Shown one piece after another: positions 28,920 to 37,884 of a stretch of DNA of 51,998 nt. Below the pieces are notes generated by a model. It made no database searches and was not told where the DNA came from. It was given only the letters and a program-made list of their open reading frames with translations. The DNA comes from Thermoplasmata archaeon (GTDB taxonomy: Archaea > Thermoplasmatota > Thermoplasmata > Thermoplasmatales > Thermoplasmataceae), in NCBI GenBank assembly GCA_021817735.1, contig JAKAFX010000001.1:1-51998 (forward strand), given 5' to 3'. Each line of letters starts with the position of its first letter. The stretch's first letter is position 1. Made by a program: the position numbers and the translations under genes.

Positions 28920-29828
28920 CTAAAACTTGAGCAGTTTCAGCAACAGCGCCTTCTCAGTGTGTAGCCTGTTCTCTGCTTCGTCGAAAACAAAACTCTGGCC
29001 TCCGTCTATTACCTCAGCAGAGACTTCGAGTCCTCTGTGTGCTGGCAGACAGTGAAGGAACATGGCAGTTGGGCTGGCCTTCCTCATCAGAGCGGGGGTA
29101 ATCTGAAATCCGGAGAAGGCCTTCTCCTTCTTTTCCTTCTCTTTCTCTTCTCCCATGGAGATCCACACATCGGTGTAAACAACGTCAGCTTCAGTTACTG
29201 CCACTGAGGGATCATTTGATATCTCTATTTTTGCAGAGGTAGACAGTGACCTTGCCTTGGAAACAAACTCATCCTTTGGCTCATACCCCTTCGGAGTTGC
29301 TATGGTTACATTCACTCCTGAAACTGCACCTGCCATCATCAGGGAATTTGCGACATTGTTCCCGTCACCGATATACACCAGCTTTAGGCCCTTTAGTCTA
29401 CCCTTCCTTTCAAGGACTGTCATGAAATCCGCAAGCATCTGCACTGGGTGTTCCACGTTGTCTAAGGCATTTATGACTGGAACCGAGGCATTGAGGGCGA
29501 GTTCCCTTACATTGGCATTCTCAAAGGCACGGTAGGCAATCACATCCACAAATCTAGAAAGGACTTTTGCCGTATCAGATATGGTCTCTCCACGTCCCAT
29601 CTGCAGATCATTGGGGTTAAGATAAATGGAATGACCACCCAGCTGCCTCATGGCTACTTCGAAAGAAACCCTTGTTCTAGTGCTGGGCTTTTCGAAGATC
29701 AACGCAAGGACACGGTTTTTGGCATCCTCGTAGGAGTCGTACCTTCCTCTCTTCAGTTTGAGCGCAAGTTCAATGATGTCTGTGAAGTCCTCTTTCATGT
29801 CAGCTACTGAAATTATGTCTCTCTTCAT
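28920..29828 (-). CDS. argF: Ornithine carbamoyltransferase
   Basis: FEKPSTRTR, HPVQMLAD, GDGNNVA, TDVWISMG, FLHCLP, EAENRLH. Confidence 0.98.
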   Translation of the reverse strand: MKRDIISVADMKEDFTDIIELALKLKRGRYDSYEDAKNRVLALIFEKPSTRTRVSFEVAMRQLGGHSIYLNPNDLQMGRGETISDTAKVLSRFVDVIAYRAFENANVRELALNASVPVINALDNVEHPVQMLADFMTVLERKGRLKGLKLVYIGDGNNVANSLMMAGAVSGVNVTIATPKGYEPKDEFVSKARSLSTSAKIEISNDPSVAVTEADVVYTDVWISMGEEKEKEKKEKAFSGFQITPALMRKASPTAMFLHCLPAHRGLEVSAEVIDGGQSFVFDEAENRLHTEKALLLKLLKF

Positions 29829-29832
29829 GATA

Positions 29833-30687
29833 TCACTTCAGGAGTTTGGGAATGTCTGTGGGGAAGTCAGCGACTTGGACTCCAGCCGAATTGAACGCCT
29901 TTATCTTCGACTCTGCGGTTCCTGAACCTTTCTCTATGATGGCTCCGGCATGTCCCATCCTCTTTCCAGGGGGAGCGCTTCGTCCGGCTATATAAGCAAC
30001 AACTTTTTTCTTGACATTGTGCTTAATGTAGTCTGCAGCCATCTCCTCATTGACTCCGCCTATTTCACCCACCAGGACAATCTTTTTGGTATCAGGATCA
30101 TCATTGAACACCTTCAAGACATCTATGAAAGTAAGCCCAACAACTGGATCCCCACCAAGCCCTATCACGGTGCTCTCGCCGTAACCTGAATTTGTGAGTG
30201 CTCCGACAATTTCATAGGTCAGGGTTCCGCTCCTGGAGGCAACCGCCACGTCACCCCTTTTGAATATATGGTTAGGCATTATGCCGATCTTGCACATGCC
30301 AGGTCTGGTAATTCCAGGTCCGTTGGGTCCGATAAGGGTTATGTTCTTACGGGATGCCTCGTAGAAGATCTCCATGGTGTCGTGAAATGGCACATGCTCT
30401 GTAAGTATGTAAATGAGCCTGATTCCCGAGTCTATGGCCTCAAATGCAGCATCCTTGACATATGGTGCTGGCACCGAGATCATGGATGCATTGGGCGCCA
30501 GGTGCATCGTATCCGCCACAGTGTCGTAAATCTGAACGCCGTTGACCTTTTCACTGGACTTTCCAGGAGAAATTCCTGCAACCACCTTGGTTCCAAACTT
30601 GATCATCTCTCCAGAATGGAATTTACCCTGATGTCCGGTTATTCCCTGAACTATCACCTTCGTGTTTGCGTCTACGTAGTTATTCAT
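29833..30687 (-). CDS. sucD: Succinyl-CoA ligase alpha subunit
   Basis: VQGITG, IGPNGPG, SRSGTLTYE, GEIGG, phospho-His motif MGHAGA. Confidence 0.98.
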   Translation of the reverse strand: MNNYVDANTKVIVQGITGHQGKFHSGEMIKFGTKVVAGISPGKSSEKVNGVQIYDTVADTMHLAPNASMISVPAPYVKDAAFEAIDSGIRLIYILTEHVPFHDTMEIFYEASRKNITLIGPNGPGITRPGMCKIGIMPNHIFKRGDVAVASRSGTLTYEIVGALTNSGYGESTVIGLGGDPVVGLTFIDVLKVFNDDPDTKKIVLVGEIGGVNEEMAADYIKHNVKKKVVAYIAGRSAPPGKRMGHAGAIIEKGSGTAESKIKAFNSAGVQVADFPTDIPKLLK

Positions 30688-31793
30688 CAGTTACCACCTT
30701 CTCTCTTTACAGCAGCCTCAATTGCGCTCATCATGTCCGAGAACGCATCTACTCCGTTCTGTTTCAGGATTTCACGACCTTCAACTTCGTGTATACCGCT
30801 GAGCCTGACCACAATGGGCTGCTTTATCCCATATTTCTTCTTTGCTTCCACGATTCCGTTTGCAACAGTATCACATTTTGTGACGCCACCGAAGATGTTA
30901 ACCAGTATTGTCTTGGGGTTTGCTTTCAGGACCAGGTCAAACGCATCTATGACGATGTCAACAGAGTCGGTGCCTCCTAAGTCCAGGAAATTCCTAGGCT
31001 TCCCCTTGTGAAGGGTGAGGGCATCAAGTGTCGCCATTGTTAGTCCAGCTCCGTTTGCGATTACCCCTATATCGCCCTGCAGCTCGACAAAACTGTATCC
31101 CCTGCCGTTGGCCTCAAGTTCCAACGGGGTTTTTTCTGGATCAGTAACGTTAAACTCCTTGTGTCTGAACAGCGAGTCAGAGTCGATGACAACCTTTGCA
31201 TCTGCGGCAATGAGTTTTCCGTCACCAGTAACCACGAGAGGATTGATTTCCACCAACTCGCAGTCGTACTTATTGAAGATGGAATACAATTTACCTAGCA
31301 GGGATCTGAACTGTGGGGCTATTGCAGGATCCAAGTTCATGAACTTGATCGCTTCCTTCGCGATATAGTCAGAATAACCCATTAGTGGATCTATCAGCCG
31401 CAGGAAAATCTTCTCGTGAGGCAATGACTCGATTTCAACGCCGCCCTCAGTGGTCGCCATAAGCATAGGCTTTCTTTCAGTCCTGTTCAATGAGAAGCTC
31501 ACATACATTTCCTTCTTGATATCGATCATTTCCTCGACAAGCAACTTGGTTACTTTGAGTCCACGCACTTCGGATCCAAGCAGTGAATCGATTGCTGGTC
31601 TAAGGTCGCCTTCAGACTTCACAAATTTAATGCCGCCAGACTTTCCTCTTCCTCCCAAAAGTATCTGGGACTTCACAACAACTGGCTTCTCATATTTTCT
31701 AACATCCTCCTTCTTCTCGACCAAATATCCATCTGGAACAGGGATACCGTTTGCCCGGAAGATATCCTTCCCAAGGTATTCATAGAGATTCAA
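30687..31793 (-). CDS. sucC: Succinyl-CoA ligase beta subunit
   Basis: NLYEYLGK, GGRGKSGG, EINPL, NGAGLTMAT.D, NFLDLGG. Start trimmed to TTG 31793, which has a GGTG RBS. Confidence 0.97.
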   Translation of the reverse strand: MNLYEYLGKDIFRANGIPVPDGYLVEKKEDVRKYEKPVVVKSQILLGGRGKSGGIKFVKSEGDLRPAIDSLLGSEVRGLKVTKLLVEEMIDIKKEMYVSFSLNRTERKPMLMATTEGGVEIESLPHEKIFLRLIDPLMGYSDYIAKEAIKFMNLDPAIAPQFRSLLGKLYSIFNKYDCELVEINPLVVTGDGKLIAADAKVVIDSDSLFRHKEFNVTDPEKTPLELEANGRGYSFVELQGDIGVIANGAGLTMATLDALTLHKGKPRNFLDLGGTDSVDIVIDAFDLVLKANPKTILVNIFGGVTKCDTVANGIVEAKKKYGIKQPIVVRLSGIHEVEGREILKQNGVDAFSDMMSAIEAAVKREGGN

Positions 31794-31853
31794 TGAAACA
31801 CCACGGACTGGGATTGTAAGTCTCAATAAGAATGTTTGGCGCAGGCGATTGAT

Positions 31854-31904
31854 AAAAGAAAGCCTGCCTGCCGCACATCGCGGCGACACGCAGGCTACAA
31901 AAAA
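31854..31904 (-). terminator. GC-rich hairpin flanked by T-tracts downstream of the thermosome gene
   Basis: AGCCTGC (31861-67) pairs with GCAGGCT (31890-96), enclosing GCCGC-ACATC-GCGGC. On the minus strand it is preceded by TTTTTT and followed by TTCTTTT. Confidence 0.55.
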
Positions 31905-31931
31905 CAGGAACCCGAAAAATGTGGAATGCCC

Positions 31932-33563
31932 TCAGTAGGGCATTTCTCCGCCCATGCCGCCCATTCCACCGGCTGGTGGTCCAGACGGGGCACTCTTCCT
32001 GGAGGCTATGACATCATCGATCCTGAGGATCATTGTTGCTACCTCAACTGCGGACTCAAGAGCATGCCTCTTGACTCTAAGCGGGTCATAGACACCAGCT
32101 GAAGCCATATCGACGATTGCATTCTCGCTTAGCCCTATTCCAAAGGTAGTGTTTCCCTTCTCGTGGCTTGCCTTGAGCTTGATCAGCGTGTTTATAGGAT
32201 CCATGCCAGAGTTCTCTGCCAGAGTCCGTGGAACTACTTCCAGAGTCTTGGCAAAAGCCTCTATTGCAAGCTGCTCCCTTCCACCCACGGTATTTGCGAA
32301 GCTCCTTATCTTCATGGATAGCTCCGCTTCAATTGCCCCTCCGCCTGGAAGGTACCTTCCGTCTTCCTTGGTTATGGCAGCAACTCTTATGGCATCATTC
32401 AAGCTCCTTTCTATCTCGGATACGACATGGTCGGTGGCACCTCTAATGAGTATGCTTACGGCCTTGGGGTTAGCACAGCCGGTAATGAAGGTCATCCTGT
32501 CATCACCGATCTTTCTCTCCTCCACCTTCTCAGCCTTTCCTAGAGCCTTATCATTGAGGTCGTCCAGTTCTGTCACTATCTTGGCACCCGTGGCTTTTAC
32601 CAGCTTTTCCATATCGCTCTTCTTGACTCTTCGTACTGCGTATATGCCTTCCTTTGCCAGGAAGTGCTGGGCCAAGTCATCTATTCCCTTCTGGCAAAGA
32701 ACCACATTCGCGCCGCTGACCTTGATCTTGTCAACCATCTTCTTGAAAGTGTCAGATTCCTGAGACATAAAGTCCTGGATTCTGGATGGGTCCGTGATCT
32801 GGACTTTTGCCTCGATCTCCGTTTTCTTGATTTCCAAGGCAGAGTCGATCAGAGCTATCTTTGCACCCTTAACCAGTGAAGGCATCTTGGGGTGCACCTT
32901 TTCCTTGTCTATCACAAGGCCGGTCACAAGTCCTGTGTCAGTTACGCTTCCACCGTTCTTCTTGTCCACCTTGATGTTCGATGGGTCGACGGTGATCTTC
33001 CCGTTTCTCTCCTCTGCAACTGCATTCACTGCCCTGACCACAAGATCTGCAAGAAAATCGTATGCAATCCCTGTGTTCTTGCCAGAAAGTGCAGTAAGGG
33101 CGACATTTCTAAGGGTCTTATCGTCTGAAGCGCTAATTGACAATGTATCTAGGAGCTTCTTAGCCTCATTCATTGCAATACGGTATCCGTTTGCAATAAC
33201 AGTGGAATGAACCCCCTGTTCAAGCAGGAATTCTGCCTGCTTCAGGAACTCCCCTGCAAGTATAACTGCGGTGGTCGTTCCATCGCCAACAGAGACATCC
33301 TGTGCCTTTGCGACTTCAACAATCATCTTTGCAGTGGGGTGGTCGACATCCATTTCCTTCAGGATAGTTGCCCCGTCATTTGAAATGACGATATCGCCAA
33401 TTGAGTCAACTAGCATCTTATCCATGCCCTTTGGCCCAAGGGTTGTCCTTACTGCATCAGCGATTGCCTTTGCCGCTTCGATATTGGCTTTCTGTGCATC
33501 TTTTCCCTGTTCTCTCTTTGTTCCTTCCTTAAGAATAAGGATAGGCATCTGTCCTCCTAGCAT
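31932..33563 (-). CDS. thsA: Thermosome (group II chaperonin) subunit, alpha type
   Basis: [28 protein letters not shown] tail. The N-terminus ([18 protein letters not shown]) resembles Thermoplasma alpha. GAGGTG RBS. Confidence 0.95.
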   Translation of the reverse strand: MLGGQMPILILKEGTKREQGKDAQKANIEAAKAIADAVRTTLGPKGMDKMLVDSIGDIVISNDGATILKEMDVDHPTAKMIVEVAKAQDVSVGDGTTTAVILAGEFLKQAEFLLEQGVHSTVIANGYRIAMNEAKKLLDTLSISASDDKTLRNVALTALSGKNTGIAYDFLADLVVRAVNAVAEERNGKITVDPSNIKVDKKNGGSVTDTGLVTGLVIDKEKVHPKMPSLVKGAKIALIDSALEIKKTEIEAKVQITDPSRIQDFMSQESDTFKKMVDKIKVSGANVVLCQKGIDDLAQHFLAKEGIYAVRRVKKSDMEKLVKATGAKIVTELDDLNDKALGKAEKVEERKIGDDRMTFITGCANPKAVSILIRGATDHVVSEIERSLNDAIRVAAITKEDGRYLPGGGAIEAELSMKIRSFANTVGGREQLAIEAFAKTLEVVPRTLAENSGMDPINTLIKLKASHEKGNTTFGIGLSENAIVDMASAGVYDPLRVKRHALESAVEVATMILRIDDVIASRKSAPSGPPAGGMGGMGGEMPY

Positions 33564-33827
33564 TTAATTTGACACCTCGGTCGATTGTGTAAGTTAGGAC
33601 TTCTATATAAACGTTGTTTTTGTAACCATACCCATCCAGGCTCAAAAACCCCTTATAATAAGCCTTACGCTTATGATTGACCAGTCGAGGCATACTTATA
33701 ACATATCCTAGTTTTCCAGGAAACTTTGAGGGGCATCGCAAGGCACCAGAAATATCGCAAATCATGGAAAGCGGCTAAAAGACGGTCACCTGTAACTAGT
33801 TTATATATAAGTCGTTGATATTACTAC

Positions 33828-34724
33828 TTGATGTTAATCGAAGACATGAATAAGCTCCTGGACAAGAGAACTGTCATCTCATATTTCACCAACGAGCCTT
33901 CCTTGGAAGAAGTGCTGACCGACGAGAGGATTGCCGTTGCAAAGATACGGATAACGAAGGACGGAGGACTCATTATTATCAACTGGGTGAAAGATATGGA
34001 AGCTGGAGGCGAAGGAAAAGCTTCAGCGATAACAATAGATCTTAAGGGAACCAAGACCCTTGAGTTCTTCACCAATCTAATCAAGATACATTCTGTTGTA
34101 GTAGACGGGATTCTGCTGAGTACAGCGATCGTCAGTTTTAGCTTCAGATACCATCACAACGATCATCAGCATGTCTCAGACCTAATCTCGAAGTATGGCA
34201 AGGAACTGGCAGGTTTTGCCGTCCCTTATATGGGTCCATCCACCGGGTTAATTAACTCACTGAAGGAGATTTCCTTTGACGTTCCTCTTCATTATATGGA
34301 GGTGGTATGTACGGTTCCGCCCAATATAATGAACATCAGCAAAGACAATGTCATAATGACATTCGGCAATAACTGGCTGAGGGAAGTCAAATATCTCCTT
34401 GGAGAGGAGACTCATGCCGTGTATTATGAGCGGAATGAGGTTCTGAGGGAGGATCTCAAGACCACTGAGATTTCCAGATCCGAAAAAATCTATGAGACCA
34501 CATTTGACAATCCCATCATAACTTTCTTTTACGAGGAATGCACAAGGAAATCCATAGCGCCTCTTGGGATGGGGCAGAGACTAAATGGAAGAACGTTCTC
34601 GTATTACGTGATCGTACCTGAATTCCACCTGTCCGAGTTTACTTCCATAATGCTGGAGGCATTCCAGAAGATGAAAGACTGGAAAATGAACCTTCAGTAT
34701 AGCAGCGATGTTTCATCTCTGTAA
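33828..34724 (+). CDS. Hypothetical protein, apparent paralogue of 1..796
   Basis: 298 aa ORF with TTTATATATAA at 33800-33810 and no recognised family motif. Confidence 0.85.
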   Translation: MMLIEDMNKLLDKRTVISYFTNEPSLEEVLTDERIAVAKIRITKDGGLIIINWVKDMEAGGEGKASAITIDLKGTKTLEFFTNLIKIHSVVVDGILLSTAIVSFSFRYHHNDHQHVSDLISKYGKELAGFAVPYMGPSTGLINSLKEISFDVPLHYMEVVCTVPPNIMNISKDNVIMTFGNNWLREVKYLLGEETHAVYYERNEVLREDLKTTEISRSEKIYETTFDNPIITFFYEECTRKSIAPLGMGQRLNGRTFSYYVIVPEFHLSEFTSIMLEAFQKMKDWKMNLQYSSDVSSL

Positions 34725-34735
34725 GCCTATCAAAC

Positions 34736-36283
34736 TCAGGGGCCGCTTAGCCGGTCTTCCTTTCTAATTTCAGCACCAAGCCTTCCAAGGGGATAGTCGT
34801 TGGGATCGACAAACCGGACGATGCGAGAAAGCCGGGGATGGCGTGATGTTAACTCTTTGTAAAGTTCATTGGCGATCTTCCTTATCTCGAAATGTGCCGC
34901 ACTGCCGGATCGTAACTCCATGAAATAAGTCATCTCCCTAAGATCTATTTTGAACAATATTTTCTGGTAGAAGGCAAATGGGACTACATATTGTGCCCTA
35001 GTAATCCCAGCTTCAGGAAAAATGTCCTCCCAGAGTTGTTTTGCCCGTTCCATGGTGTCAGAGTATGCCTTCCTCAGTCCAGGGGATTTCATGACACTCT
35101 CGGGAACTATGTATTCGGATAGAGGGTTCACAGGGCGTTTCAAAATTGTCATCATCCGGTGCCTTTGGAAGTCCCGGAGCGTTCCCAGTGAGCAAGTAAC
35201 GGAACATATGTATTCAGGGATTTCAAAAATCCTCCCTGGTTTCTGCCTTCGATTTTCTCTAAGCCCTGCAATGCGGTTGATGTATGAGACAACCTCACTG
35301 TTTTCTGACGATAGTGCATTGCCTGCATCGGTGATTCCTGACTTCAGGAATCCCAGTGCTATTCCCATGGTGTCCAGCACGTCCGACTCATCTTCACATT
35401 TCAGGATTCTGGCTTGTGATTGTTCTTGAGACTCTTTGAAGGTAGTCTCAAGGTGATCTCTGGCCATGTTGAACTCCTGGCTCTCCTTTCCATGCCTGCT
35501 AACAGCGTTGTCTATTAGGTTTGGAAACTCGGTCCTCAGTTCTAAATATAGACTTTCAGCGACGTGACTGAGTTCTGGTATCCCCGATGAATTCAACTTC
35601 TGGATCAGGTCAATGTAAGCCCGACCATTGCCCGAGACTCCAAGGTTTGTGAGCGTGGAGAATGGAAGGCAAAACCGGGCATCATCGAGCGCCCTTGCTT
35701 TTATGGCTCTTTCATATGCTTTGCTTGCAGAAGCTATTTTCTTATCGTCACTGAGTTGATCGTATGGAACTATTTTGCCGTCGGCGTCCCTGAAGCTGTA
35801 ACCGCTCACTGGATATGTTGACCTGTAGTAAGAAATAGCCCTGTTCATTACATTTCTGTAAAGCCTGAAGAGGTCATCGCAGATTCCGCTGTATCTGTCC
35901 CAAAATTTTTCCGGAAAACCAGTTCTGGCAGCTTCGAGGTAAAGCCTTGATCCTTCCTGGTACTCCACATACCTCGAGGATTTTTCGAGAAATGATAGTC
36001 CTATCCTCTTTTCCTCCATGGTCCATGTGCAGAGATTGGACACATTCTGAATGGCAACCTGTGCCGTCACAAGCTCGGCGACAGACTCGTCTCCATACTC
36101 AAGAAAAACTTTCCTGTAAAAATCCTCGCCCCTGGTTTCGCTGGCCGAAAATTCTCTGTCATAGACGACCCTGATGTCGAGTTCGGATGTCCTGCTGTAT
36201 CTTGACATCAGAGCTCCCCTGTCTATCATCTTCCTGGTCTTGATTATGAATATATCCTTGTCACGGTTAGAAAACTCTTCCAT
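34736..36283 (-). CDS. thyX: FAD-dependent thymidylate synthase, tandem-domain form
   Basis: EYGDESVAEL, LEKSSRY, LDDARFCLP, second-half RDFQRHR and ELRS...HFEIR. Start trimmed to ATG 36283 with an AT-rich TATA at 36301-36310. Confidence 0.9.
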   Translation of the reverse strand: MEEFSNRDKDIFIIKTRKMIDRGALMSRYSRTSELDIRVVYDREFSASETRGEDFYRKVFLEYGDESVAELVTAQVAIQNVSNLCTWTMEEKRIGLSFLEKSSRYVEYQEGSRLYLEAARTGFPEKFWDRYSGICDDLFRLYRNVMNRAISYYRSTYPVSGYSFRDADGKIVPYDQLSDDKKIASASKAYERAIKARALDDARFCLPFSTLTNLGVSGNGRAYIDLIQKLNSSGIPELSHVAESLYLELRTEFPNLIDNAVSRHGKESQEFNMARDHLETTFKESQEQSQARILKCEDESDVLDTMGIALGFLKSGITDAGNALSSENSEVVSYINRIAGLRENRRQKPGRIFEIPEYICSVTCSLGTLRDFQRHRMMTILKRPVNPLSEYIVPESVMKSPGLRKAYSDTMERAKQLWEDIFPEAGITRAQYVVPFAFYQKILFKIDLREMTYFMELRSGSAAHFEIRKIANELYKELTSRHPRLSRIVRFVDPNDYPLGRLGAEIRKEDRLSGP

Positions 36284-36327
36284 AATCAGCAAGGGGTCGG
36301 ATAAATTAATAATCTTGCCTGGGCAGG

Positions 36328-37311
36328 TCAAGGGGAATTAAGGTATGTCCTCCTGTAATACCTGTAGTATCTTTTCCAGGCTTCATTCATGCTGAAGGAC
36401 TTCAACAAGCTAAGCGCAATCCATCTTGGAATGCTTGGATTCCTGACAGCAAGGTAACACAGTGTTCCCTCAAGGAGGAGGCCCTTTCTCCGCTTCCTTT
36501 TAGGAGAGAAAAAGTTAGCCAGTAGCTCTGCATGGACCATGTTACACCTGACAGCCTCAGCATACCGGTATCTGCCATTATTACTATAGAGGAATACGGC
36601 ACTTTCCATGCTTCCTTCATAGAATTCACGCTTTTGTTGAAGAAAAACCTGCAGGGGAACGTCGAGCGTGGTAAGACTTTCATGAACCCTGTACATTGTG
36701 ACCTCTTGGGATGAGACAATAAGTCTGCTACCTCTTGCAAGCGCGGCGAAGAACAGGTACTTGTCAATTCCTCTAACTATCTGCCAGAATTCGTCCTGTA
36801 TAGATTCAAAGAACTTCTTCGATACACTGATGGCACTTGCATACCAGTCGGCCTTGTACTTGAGTGCCCGTCCAACTGCCCTCAGGGGAAGATCCCCATC
36901 CAGAATGATATCCCGTTCAGGATTTTCATTGACTTTTCTCTCCATCCTTTTACCGGATTCATCCACAGGGATGATGGCATCGTGGAGAAAAGTCAAATTA
37001 GTGTCTCGAAAGTATTCATTAACAATTCTCAGTTTGTCCCGGGAAAACATGTCATCATCATCCAGAAAGCATAAAACATCCCCCCTGGCCTTCTTGAGCC
37101 CGAGGACCATCTTCCTGGCCAGCGACTTCTCCTGGGTATAAATATCCACCACTCCCTTTTCTGTTAGAAACCGATCAATTTCCTGATCGCGAAAGTTTTT
37201 CACCACAATGATCTCAAACCCGTCACTTGGAAATGCCTGATCCAAAACAGACTCTACAGCGCTTCTCATGTACTGCTTCCGGTCGTGCACCGATATTATG
37301 ACTGAGATCAT
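36328..37311 (-). CDS. GT2 glycosyltransferase
   Basis: MISVIISVHDR, AVESVLDQ, EIIVVKN, CFLDDDD, YRVH. Confidence 0.93.
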   Translation of the reverse strand: MISVIISVHDRKQYMRSAVESVLDQAFPSDGFEIIVVKNFRDQEIDRFLTEKGVVDIYTQEKSLARKMVLGLKKARGDVLCFLDDDDMFSRDKLRIVNEYFRDTNLTFLHDAIIPVDESGKRMERKVNENPERDIILDGDLPLRAVGRALKYKADWYASAISVSKKFFESIQDEFWQIVRGIDKYLFFAALARGSRLIVSSQEVTMYRVHESLTTLDVPLQVFLQQKREFYEGSMESAVFLYSNNGRYRYAEAVRCNMVHAELLANFFSPKRKRRKGLLLEGTLCYLAVRNPSIPRWIALSLLKSFSMNEAWKRYYRYYRRTYLNSP

Positions 37312-37394
37312 TCCTGTTCACCGGTTTCAGCGAAACACATCAATAAGGAAACAACAGGATAAGTTATCTTGAACACGCCTGGTACTCCCGTCTA

Positions 37395-37862
37395 TTATCG
37401 CACAGTGGTCTCACACCCACTTCTTTTCAGTATAATCGACTTTATCCCTAGTTTCCTGCCGAGCTCTCCCTCTATATCCTCCCTGTCTCCCAGAATGACT
37501 GACCTGTTGAGATCGATATCCATTTCCTTTACTGCCCTGACAATCAGCTCCGTCTTGGGTTTTCTGCAACTACAGTTTTCATCGGGTCTGTGTGGGCAGA
37601 AGTAGGTTGCATCCACATAAACGCCACTCTCTCCTAGGGAGTGTATTACTGCGTCATTGAATTCCCTGAATTCCTTTTCTGTAAAATATCCCCGATTTAT
37701 CCCTGACTGATTGGTTACGATTACGATGAGGAACCCTTTCTCATGGAATTCCTTCAGGATCTCAACGGCATCATTGTAAATCACAAGATCCTCTATTCGG
37801 TGACAGTAAGGGCAATCGCGATTGATTGTGCCGTCACGATCTGTAAAAAGGGCAGGTCTCAA
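37395..37862 (-). CDS. gmhB: Heptose 1,7-bisphosphate phosphatase (HAD IIIA)
   Basis: DRDGTIN, VTNQSG, Zn motif CPHRPDENCSCRKP, GDR. Confidence 0.9.
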   Translation of the reverse strand: MRPALFTDRDGTINRDCPYCHRIEDLVIYNDAVEILKEFHEKGFLIVIVTNQSGINRGYFTEKEFREFNDAVIHSLGESGVYVDATYFCPHRPDENCSCRKPKTELIVRAVKEMDIDLNRSVILGDREDIEGELGRKLGIKSIILKRSGCETTVR

Positions 37863-37884
37863 TGTCTACCATTATGGGTCGGAG

